NCBI RefSeq assembly: GCF_000143415.4
Contig: NW_003314277.1
Location: forward strand, 1,516,493-1,580,492
Source: Selaginella moellendorffii
Taxonomy: Eukaryota > Plantae > Lycopodiophyta
Reading direction: 5' to 3'
DNA length: 64,000 bases
In this document: positions 11,786-22,360 of the stretch, piece by piece
Numbering within the stretch: position 1 is the stretch's first letter
Layout of the letters: each line of letters opens with the position of its first letter
The notes under the pieces: generated by a model
The model's database searches: none
The model's input: the letters and a program-made list of their open reading frames with translations, nothing else
What the model was told of the DNA's origin: nothing
Made by a program: the position numbers and the translations under genes

Positions 11786-14700
11786 TCAATACCTGATAGT
11801 TTTGAACATTGAAGAACGCGTCTCGTCCGTTGCTGAAAGCATATGTGGGGCAGAACGGTAGTGCTTGTATTTGTCCAGCTTGAGTTCTCTCTGAATCAGT
11901 AACAGTAGACGCTTGTGAGTGCTTTGCTTCTTCGAAAGTACTTTGTGAAACGCTGCCCAGCCTAGCCACTCCATTTCTTTTGCTCGGCTCAATACTTTCC
12001 CAGATCCCACGGCTTGCATTCTTTGCCGAATCAATCGAAAGGTATACCTGGAAAAAGACTCGGTCACTGTTATCTTCAGGAATACAACTCACCTCGTCGT
12101 TCTTCGAATTGCCTGGAAAAGGAATAGTGGATTATTGACGTTGAATGGCCGTAAGCACTTCAAATACGCATGAAACTTCATCGCACAAAGAAGAAACGCT
12201 TGGTATGCGTTCAAGGATATCGTTGATGCTGAGTTGATCTCGGAGTCGTAAAATACCGGATGACATTTCGGCCTCATGAAATGAAACATCTTCACAACCA
12301 GATTTAGTCCTTGTTTGTGGCACCTCATGACCGTCAGACTAGATCTGATGTGTTCGCCGCAGTATCTGTAAAAACATGTCAGAACATACAAGAAACGTGA
12401 TCGCTTTCAAACGAACCTCGTATAGTCGGCTTGGATTTCAAGAGTGTGACAGTTGATGAGCAAACCACTCCATCGCATGAAACAAGCCCCATCTTCAGTC
12501 GAATACATGGACTTCACGTTCTTCCCACTAATGTCAGTATCAAAGCTTGTAGATGTTTTGTCCTCGTTGACACAGCATCCGAACTGTTCGAGGTCCCTGT
12601 GCATTACGTTCAAGAAAAGTGTTGCCTTTGCTTCAGACGTAGATATAAATAAGGAGTCGTCCACCAGCCGCATAAGAAGAGCCTCGTCTGTGGTCTCTTC
12701 CTTCACCAGGCCGTCCTGAGGTTTCCCTTGTAAAGCTGGTAGTATGTGGCGCAAGTCCAGGTAACCATAGTATAACGCGCATAGGAAAGACGAAAGTACG
12801 CTGCCTTGAGGAATACCGGTAAATTGTTGAAAGAAGTTGTGGCCGAGGTGCAAGATATTGGATTTTATGTGTTCTTTGAGAACTCTCAATAGCTGCACTC
12901 TTGACACATTAGAGTGATAGGCCTGTGGTAACGATTTGTTAGTAATACAACGCCCTGTAATAACCAAAGAACAAACCTGATCAGTAAATATTGTTTCGGA
13001 GCGCTTAGTTGTCAAGTTTCGAACAAAGTTGTAGACCCTCCCATCACTCCCCGCAGTAGCACAGGCTTTCTCGTGAAGCACTCGGACAGATGCCAGCCTG
13101 CTACGGACGGAAGTAAACCGCAAAACAACGTACTTCTCCTCGTGCAAGAACTTGTCAACAATGCTGTAAAGCCGTTCCTGATCGATAGTGTCGAACGCAT
13201 TAGCGACGTCACAAACAGCCAGAAAAATTTTCGTTGGTTCTCGTTGTCTGAAACGTCGGATGAAAGGAAGCAGCTTCAAGTAGATGTCGTTGTAGCCGAA
13301 TACAGACGCGCCAAGATCACCTTGATGACTTTCTTGCTCAAGCTTCAGACACTGATGAGCATCCCCGAGAGCAGAATTGACGGACTTGAACGAATAAACT
13401 GTCTGAATTTTCCCATCACCCCTGGAACCGGAACTTAGATCGGATGATCTCCTTCGATGGCTGACATGAACAACCCGTTTTCCTTTCCTGGACTTCGGAA
13501 AGGTGGAGTCTTTACGCTTGACCACGTAGATTGATGCCGAGCCGAGATTAGCTATTGGTCTGACGCTCGTTTTTTTCGGAAGAAGCCGGACTTTAGAGAA
13601 TCCCAGTGCTCGGTTCCTGAGGGCTTTGTCAGCGTCCACACGTTTGTAGACAGTCTTTGATAGATCACGAACAGCCGCAGACTGAATCTGCGACCATATA
13701 GGCTTCCGGTAAAACACCACATTTTGCCGTTGATTCTCGCTCTCTGTAACGTAGAAGTGAACACGTATCAGAGGAACCAATACGTTTGTAAAAATCCAGT
13801 ATAGCCAGTCTTCTACCATTTGACTTCTGAAATATCCAACTCCTTCGAGTTCCTTGATTGTATCCCGCTTGCTCAGAAAAGTAAAGTCGGAAACCTTAAG
13901 CTTCTGCAACAGCTGAACCGAGGAAAATGCTTCGTACCTCCGAAGTCCAACAAAGCGTGCATACTGCTTTCGAAGAGCTCTCCAGTTTTTGGGAGACCCG
14001 AGCATTTCCTGGGGTATGAGCCTCCTGGAAGCAGCCCACAAGAATGCCACAACTTGATGGTTGGTCGAGGTCATGGCCAGCAGCTCTGATAAAGGCCTCT
14101 CATTTTTTGGTTTGGTGCTACCTTTCCTTGGATCAGGCACTGACTTGCATGAACATGAAGAATCTCCACGAGATTCCTCTTGAGTAACATATCCATCATT
14201 CAGAAACATATCTTTAAAGTAAAGATTGCCATCGATTTCCTGCACGCTTATCCTCAGAACATACGAAATATTCTGGCAGCAATACCTTCCGTGGCAAAAT
14301 TGGCACAGGACAGTGCCGTTTCAAAAGATGGCCACACTGAAACTTTTTAGCGCGACAGATTAGTCTCTTCAGAAGCCGCAAAATAGAAGGTGGGTAGCTG
14401 TGAAAGATATTTTCAGAAACTTAACGCACAAAGCTCATCGACAAGTACCTCTTTTCGGTTGTTTTGCTTCCAAATATTGACTCGAACAACCACGCAGCTC
14501 CCCCGTCCTTACTAGCTGCTGATGTAAAAAGAATATCTGCCTTGGTCAAGGATTTACCAGAAACAAATTCAAATTACTAAAGGATACGAGTTTTTGGCAG
14601 TCCCCCCTTCCTGTTAAAACAAGTGCTATAAAACATCTGTGCACGATCAATCTGTCTATGACAGGCTGCAGGCACACTTTCCAAGCGCTCCACCACCTGA

Positions 14701-15690
14701 GGATTATCAAATAAATCGGAGAAACGGAGAACCACAAATATTACTTTTTGCTTTTTCCTTCGTTGCCAGCTGAAAGGTCTTCTACGCTTTTTAAAAGCTG
14801 CACCTTGAGGTTCAATCTGTGATATTGATTGTGGAGAATTTTCATTTATCACACCTGTTTTGACAAAAAAAATAAAGAAGCAAGGAGAACAAAGCCTGCT
14901 TACCTTCAAGAGTGTAGGACTTTTCATGGCTTCTTGACGAAATAAAACTCAAAAACTCCTGCGATATCCGTCGCTGGCTAGCTGATGCTAGCAAAGTGAT
15001 CGGAGTACCCGAAACTTGCATGTAGCAACAATTTGGAAGAGAAGCGAATACAGCAGCATGAGATAGCAAGTGTAGCATGAGGAGATCACCTGCAAGTATA
15101 AAAGAAAACAGAAGTTTTCAAGAGCCACGGCCAAACAAACAAAATCTTGCCTACACGGGAATGAAGAACACACCACGCAGTGGAAGTTACAGCATCCACA
15201 GTTGTGCTGCGAAATAGGCACTCCAAATTCTGAAAAACCGAAAACCAGAAAGCTAGTCATTTTCATTTCTAGTAAACACCAACTGACCTGCTGGTACCCA
15301 AAGCATAAAACATGAGACGGTCGTTCGCTCTTCCTGAATTGCAGCTCAATGACCCTGTGAACAACCTAGCTAAGAAAAAAAAAAAATTGCTACCGATCCA
15401 TTACAATACAAAGCTAGAAATACCTCTTGCTGCGACCACCGCTGATCGAGTGAAAATGCAGCAGTATTAAGCGACGGGGCGCTCTCAGAAAGGACCGCAT
15501 AGCTATCATACAAGAGCTCCTTGTAATCGGCCGAATCCCCTTCCTGGAACAGCATCCCTGCTCCGTCGCGGCCGCGGCCGAGGAGCTCCAGCACCAGCTG
15601 CCATAGAAATCGCAGGCGATCGCCATACACAGCTCGCAGTACCTTGGGATGGCGCTGCAAACCCTTGCGCCTTCTCGACCTTCCCGGCAT
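11786..15690 (-). CDS. TERT: Telomerase reverse transcriptase (multi-exon; start MPGRSRRRK at 15690 or ATG at 15726)
   Basis: CP motif LKRHCP, T motif HFYVTE..FYRKPIW, motifs 1/2 RLLPKK..RPIAN, A CDVANAFDTI, B' GIPQGSVLS, C RLVDD, E WSGLLIN, plant C-terminal extension ending FKTIRY*. Confidence 0.96.
14537..14587 (-). other. U12-type (minor spliceosome) GT-AG intron in TERT, 51 nt
   Basis: 5' splice site GTATCCTTT, branch site TCCTTGAC 8 nt before the 3' end, no pyrimidine tract. Splicing gives the in-frame LPKTHILF...IFG. Confidence 0.85.
15090..15150 (-). other. GC-AG intron in TERT, 61 nt
   Basis: GTAG|GCAAGA...TTGCAG|GTGAT restores W..L..RVGDLLMLHLL. The neighbouring GT donor gives the wrong frame. 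Confidence 0.75.
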
Positions 15691-15903
15691 TCCTTCTCTA
15701 GGGTTTCTAAAGCTCCCGCCTCTCATACATTTAAATTTAATGAGTCGTTAAAAAACTCTTTTGCTCATGCTAAGAATCGAACCCTGGTCTCCCGACTCCG
15801 TCCACGTGGACGGCTGAGGCCCCAAGGCTTTAGGATAGAGGGTTTAGGGCTTAAGCGTTAGGTCTCCATTTGGCCATGGAGAAAATCAGCTAAGCCGAGA
15901 AGC
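15691..15903. promoter_or_regulatory. Bidirectional promoter region between TERT and Twinkle
   Basis: About 180-210 bp between divergent ATGs. Telo-box-like CTAGGGTTT and AGGGTTTAGGG, and a 16-bp palindrome with a CACGTG core at 15798-15813. Confidence 0.7.
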
Positions 15904-18900
15904 ATGGCGCTGGTCGAGCAGCTCGGCTTGAAATCGGTGAGTTCTTCGCAGCTGCGCGTTGCCCTGTGGAGGAATTCTATGATGCTGCTATTGCAGCGGC
16001 ATTCGCCGGTCTCCTCCTCTCCATTCCTTCCCGCTTCTAGAAAATCTCTGCCAGTTTTTTTGCCAAGAAGATGGGAGCTCCAAATCAGCGCGAGAGGGAG
16101 TCCTGTCTGCCAGTTCGCTTCTGCCGCATCCGAGAATGCGTGTAAGTGATTTATTTCTCTTTTGGTTGCCCTGAGAGAGCGTCATTGTAGATTTGAGAAA
16201 GAACGATCAACTGCCTGTTCGTTTCGAGCTGGAGAAGCTGGGCATTGTCATGGATGATTGGACGCTTGGGAAAGAGCATCGTCTAATATGTCCCCAGGTG
16301 CGTGAAGAGCTTTTTTGTCCAAGTTTCACTGTTTTTCTTTCTCTTGGGCAGTGTAATGGAGGCACCACATACGAGCCCAGCTTTTCTTTGAGGCTTGAGG
16401 ACGAGTACGTTTTGTTCGTTTTTTCATGCGACTACATTTTATTATTTGTTCTGTAGATGGACAGCCATTTGGAAATGCCATCGGAGCACTTGTGGATATC
16501 ATGGAAAGGTGAAGCAATTTATTTAAATGACATCCATAGCTAACTCGGGTGTTTTTTCTTTTCTTTGTTGGCATCAGGCAAATGTACCACATGAGAACGG
16601 AAGTGCCTTGACCAAGCGACAAATGGCAGCAGCTTACCATTGGAGAAATCCCAAAATCACAGAGTTTTCACGCACAAGCTTGAATTTACAACCTTTGAGC
16701 GATGATGTAAGCTGCAGTAGAAGAATTTCACGACTCTGACTACATTTGCAGGTTATCAAATGGTTCGCCACCCGTGGTATATCTCAAAAAGTATTGCAAC
16801 GAAATAGAGTAGAACAGATTTACAGTGGCTCAGAGGTATTTGCTTTTTCTGGTGTATATTCTTGACCATAACTTCTCGTTTAGCTGGCTATTGCATTTCC
16901 TTATTACAAAGAGAACAAAATCATCGACTGTAAATATCGAACCATACCCGAAAAGCGCTTTTGGAAGGTACACGCTTAGCTTTGGCTTCGGTTTTGATCC
17001 GTTTGTGCCAGGCACGGGGCGCTGCAAGGAGAACATTCTATGGTTTAGAAGATATTAAAGGGAGAGACGAAGTTGTCATTGTAAGTGTGCATTTTTCCAG
17101 CGTTATATGCTCAATCTTATTTCTTTTTGGTGTTTTTGACAGGTTGAAGGTGAAATGGATAAGCTTTCTATGGAAGAAGCTGGTATCATAAACTGCGTTA
17201 GCGTGCCCGATGGTGCGCCTGTGAAGGCTGCTGACGGTGAAACGCCAGATCCTGAGGAGGTACGCATTATGGTTCGAGCATACGCATTTCATGTACCTTA
17301 ATATTTTTGCATTGCAGGACAAAAAATTCTCATATCTTTGGGATTGCAAGGAACAATTTGGAAAGGTTCGAGTTCCCGATGAAGTATTTGCGTTGCGAAA
17401 CTTGCATGAAATAATATTTGTGTAGGTGACTCGAATATTTCTGGCCACCGATGCGGACGGTCCCGGACTTGCTCTTGCCGAGGAACTCGCTCGACGTTTC
17501 GGTCGTGAGCGTTGTTGGCGCGTGAACTGGCCAGTCGTCGACGGAAAGCAGTTGAAAGACGCTAACGAGGTTTTCGACTTGTTTCTAACAGTGAACTTCT
17601 CTCAGCGTTTTTTATCGTCAGGTGCTGCTGACGCTCGGGCCAGAAGCGCTGCGAGAAGTTATTGCAAAATCGGAGCTCTATCCAATTCGCGGACTTTTTC
17701 AGTTCTCTAATTTTTTCAAGGAGATTGACGATTACTACCATATGCGTGTTGAGGAAGCGGAAGGTGCTTCCACTGGATGGAAGGGACTAGATGAGTATTA
17801 TACGGTAAGAATTTGGCTATCGTTTTTATTATTCACATGACGACTTTGTAGGTTGTTCCTGGAGAATTGACAATTGTGACCGGAGTTCCGAATTCTGGCA
17901 AAAGTGAGTGGATCGATGCACTGGTCTGTAATCTGAACCGCTCCAAAGGCTGGAGTTTTGCGCTGTGCTCCATGGAAAATAAGGTATGGCTTTCTTACGT
18001 TTATCATTTACTTACCTTTCTGTGACCAGGTGACGGACCATGCTCGGAAGCTTATTGAGAAGCATTACAGAAAGCCGTTTTTTGAGGCCAAGTACTGTTT
18101 TTTACTGTGTTTTTCTTCCTCATAGCTAAAGCTGGCATACTGCACGTTGACAGGTATAGTAACTCCACGCCCAGACTGACTCCGGAAGAGTTTGCTGCTG
18201 GTCTAGAATGGCTGGACAACCATTTCTATTTAATCAGGTTTGCATTGTTTTGTATGAGAAGCGAAGTTGTAACTGCGATTGTAGATGTGAGAATGAGAAG
18301 CTTCCATCTGCTGATTGGGTTTTGGATCGAGCAAAAGCAGCGGTTCAAAGATATGGCATACGAGGATTGGTCATAGATCCTTACAATGAACTAGACCATC
18401 AGCGATCTAGCAGCCAGTAATCGTTTAAAATTTCAACGTAAATTCCCTCCCTCCTCTAACTTGCTTTTGCAGGACTGAAACAGAATATGTTAGTCAGATA
18501 CTAACCAAGATCAAACGCTTTGCTCAACACCATGACTGTCACGTTTGGTTCGTCGCTCATCCGAGACAAGTAAATTTCTTTGTGTCCAGTTCCTAATAGC
18601 AATCTAATTGTTCGTTCTGAACAGATGCTCAACTGGCAAGGACAACCGCCAAATATGTATGACATAAGTGGAAGCGCTCATTTTATTAACAAGTGCGACA
18701 ACGGCATTGTAGTTCATCGAAACCGAGACGCAGAGAAGGGTCCTCTGGATCAAGTCCAGGTAACTTCCGTTTGTGTGTGCGTGTGTTTTGAGCAAGTTTT
18801 TGGTTGATTGCGTGAGAACTTGCGTAAAATCTCCTCTCTGCGCTTTTGTTCCTCGTGCTCATGACGCGTTTTTTGTAGATTCTTGTTAAAAAGGTTCGCA

Positions 18901-19082
18901 ACAAGATAGCCGGGCAGATTGGTGAAGCCGTCTTGAAATACGATAGGTTGGTGTTTGTAAGCTGTGATGTTCGTGCTTGGTTGATTGTTTGTAGCTCTCC
19001 TTTGGTTTCTTTTCTTTTGTGGTCTCTGAAGCTTGCGTTTTGCAGAGTAACTGGTTTGTTCTCCGATGCCGGGCCTGTATGA
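15904..19082 (+). CDS. TWINKLE: Twinkle-like organellar DNA primase/helicase (multi-exon)
   Basis: Zinc finger CPQC...CHRSTC, TOPRIM VEGEMDKLS and ATDADGPG, Walker A TGVPNSGKSEW, Walker B LVIDPYN, ISGSAHFINKCDNG, KVRNK. Confidence 0.93.
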
Positions 19083-20771
19083 ACAAGTTCGTGGAGAAGC
19101 TCCAATTTTGTGTTAGTGCAATGGAGGTAATGGACGTAGAGCCTGATGACGTGAACCTTGCTTTGTAGATTCACCACGGTAAACAAGTTTGTATATGACG
19201 GTAGGATATGATTTTCTTCTCGAGAGACTTTAGAACATTCTGCAGATAAGCTAATTATAAGGGTAATGTGACAATTTCCAAGATGATTACATGATAAAGA
19301 CCTTTTTAACAAGTAAAAACATAGTCCCACTTAAGGTTTTTCAATTTGGAGAGGGCCGCACGTACGCGAGCCCTCAACTTCCACAAATTACAACGTCCAC
19401 TCCTCCACTTTGGGAAGATGGTAGGCCGGCCAAGCCGAAGTGCAATGGGAAGGCTGAACCTAGGCCATTGGCTTTTACGATCACCAATAGACCCCGTCCA
19501 GGTAAGTCCCTATTAAACACACTAATAAATGGAAGTATTGAACAAATAAATTATATGGTTACACAACACCGATCATGGTTTGCCATTTAAAAATAAAATA
19601 TTATATTAACAGCACTAACCAATTTGTCATTTTGGGGAAGAAGCAATACCAATAGGCTGTGTTTATAACATTAGAGGCCTCCTCATAATATTGAAGTTAC
19701 ATTGAATGAGAAAAACATAAGAAGAGCTCGTGAAGCATCACTATGAAAAATCTTTGTGGATTTCTCAGTTATAGTTGTGTATAAATCTAAATCAATAGCA
19801 ATAGGAGGTTACTACAACAAAGCCCAACAAGAAATTGTGAGTGACTGCTAAGGATAAAAAAAGCTGGTAGCAAAACAAGGCTGCGATCAAAAGTCATCTA
19901 AATTATATTGAAATGCTCTTTTTACATGAATGATTTTCCTCAAGGAACAGGTTGAGACAGAATACCTTTAAAAAGTATCTCGTGGAGAAGTATGGCTACT
20001 ACTTTTAAGAGAATTCTCTGTTTAGTTTAAACCACTCAAGCAATAATTGCAAGATAGATTATTTCAAACTCTAAATTTTATCTTCTTCATCCTCATCCTC
20101 TTCATTGTCTTGTTCTGGTAGCTAGAGTGGTCCCAAAACAAACTCAAAATCTCTAAGAGCCTTCAAAGGAGCCAATTTAACCACTAATAATTTTTTGGAA
20201 CTCATTCATGGGATTATTTCATATTAAGAACAGAATTAAGGTAAAGCTAGGAGTCTAAACAATTTTCCCTGTTTGAATTACAAGAATCTTTGGTTAGGGA
20301 TAAGTCTTCAAAGGCCCTTTATATTTTATTGTTAAAAGAGCAAATGTTAAAATGATAAACATTATATTCAAATCTATTAGACACTCTTAATTAAATCAAT
20401 ATAAGACAATAATACAACCATAGAATAATAATAGCAATTTTAATATTAATAACAATAATAATAACCACTCTGCTTACTTTAAGAATATTCTCCATGTATA
20501 AGAGCTAATCAGAAAACCACAAATTCATATATAGTTATATAATACAACGCATCTTTATTAAGGATCTTTAGGATATTCTGTATCATGTGACTTTTATAAA
20601 TATACATTTTATAACGTCAAAACACTTTTTTAGATATTGTTTAGTACACATCTATGTTATTACCATCTCAATCTTTTCTATAAAGAGATTAGTAAAATAT
20701 CAAGTTTAACATAACAGAATTATTATTAAAGTGATTAAAAAATAATTTCTTATAAATTATATAATAAACAT

Positions 20772-21671
20772 TTATGGATAGTTATTATTTATACATTTAT
20801 CATGATGAAAAGTATTGGAATCCCACCAAATTGAATTTTGTGTGTTTGATTTGTAAATTACCATATTACAATCATTCTGTATTATAAGAAAAGTGAATAA
20901 AAAACAATTGTTACAATATTTTTTGGTAGACCACATTACTTTTTCATGTTCTGTATATAATACAAGATGACCATCATTTTGTAAAATAAGTAAACATAAA
21001 CCAAAATATTCATCTATATTATCTGATGTCCAAAACAAATTTCTTTTAGAATACAGAGAAATTTTACAATTTGATCTTAATAATAACATAATTTTCTTAT
21101 TTATGGAAACTATAAACTGGTCAGTATAAAGTTTGTTATTGGTAAATCCAGCATTCAATGTTGTTAATGATAAATCACAAATATATGATGATCCCTTTAA
21201 GCTAATGTTTCTTTTTTTATTTTTCTCAATTAAAAGGTTTTTACTTCTATATGCACTATATTCAAAATTAAATTTATTTGATGTTATTGCACATTCTTTT
21301 GCACGTTTTTGTAATATAGTTTTACGATTTTCATTATATATATGCCTTAAAGCAGTTCTTAATGAATTTCCAGTAACGTTTACATCTGGTGATATTGTTT
21401 GTGATGAACAATAAGGTGGATAACCTTCTAAACGCTGAAAAATGAAAGCTACAATTACTCTATTATAATCAACAATAAATATATTATGATATGTTGAAGA
21501 GTAAATGTGATTTCTTGATTTGATTTGTGATAAAAGATTACTAAATCCTTCATCAAGAGCCATTGCAGTTTCATTTTCAGTTAAATAATTTGTCTCTTCA
21601 AAATATTTATTATATTTTACTCCAAAACCTGAAATAAAATATAAACAAGTATAAAATATCATAAAAATCAT
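20772..21671 (-). CDS. Putative secreted protein with C-terminal bulb-type (GNA) mannose-binding lectin domain, very AT-rich, intronless
   Basis: Hydrophobic N-terminus; QNDGHLVLY..MWST and a perfect QxDxNxVxY (QNDCNMVIY)..WDSNT. Confidence 0.7.
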   Translation of the reverse strand: MIFMIFYTCLYFISGFGVKYNKYFEETNYLTENETAMALDEGFSNLLSQIKSRNHIYSSTYHNIFIVDYNRVIVAFIFQRLEGYPPYCSSQTISPDVNVTGNSLRTALRHIYNENRKTILQKRAKECAITSNKFNFEYSAYRSKNLLIEKNKKRNISLKGSSYICDLSLTTLNAGFTNNKLYTDQFIVSINKKIMLLLRSNCKISLYSKRNLFWTSDNIDEYFGLCLLILQNDGHLVLYTEHEKVMWSTKKYCNNCFLFTFLIIQNDCNMVIYKSNTQNSIWWDSNTFHHDKCINNNYP

Positions 21672-22360
21672 TTAAAAGTTAATAGAATTCCTTAAAGAGG
21701 TAAAATAAAATTTTGATCTTAATTTTGTATCATCCTTAATAAACTTAGGACTTTTATACTATAATATAGAAATATCAGTATACTATTATTTGTTATTTCT
21801 TAAAGTAGTACTTAACTTTTTCTTGAAGATATTATTTGTAATATAATAGTATATATATCACATATGGCAGTCATCAAAGAAAAAATCCAACAAGCATAAT
21901 ATGTTTATGTCATAAACCTTAGTAGGATAACTTATGAGGGAGTGCTCACATTAAACAAGCAATAAATAACCTAATAAATAATATACTTAACATGTGGCAA
22001 GTTTCATAATACAATAATTAAGTTTGATATGTATGTATATTTGTTATATGTTGCATGCAACAATGTTTGGTTTGTTTAATAGGTATTATTCTAATTCAAT
22101 TCATCAATTGAAAGTTTATAAACACATTATTAAGGTAGAATAAGATGTTTAGATAAATTATATATATATTGTTTAATAAAATATCCTAGAATATTAAAGC
22201 ATTATTAGAGGGTTTTTTTGAGGTTTTCGACCTCCACCCAAATTATCTTATTCTGAGTGGAGAGATGTTTGGATGTCAGGCCTCCTACACTAAACTGAAA
22301 TAGTTCATATATTATCCAGGTCACTGCAATCCATTTTTAGATCCATGACAATTTTGAGAC

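Noticed and set aside
12925-12978. Apparent insertion VCSLVITGRCITNKSLPQ in the TERT ORF
   Set aside because: It has GT...AG ends and is 54 nt long, so it is an ordinary in-frame intron.
19349-19375. GC hairpin GAGGGC..GCCCTC as a Helitron 3' end bounding the AT island
   Set aside because: No CTRR terminus at the expected distance on either strand.
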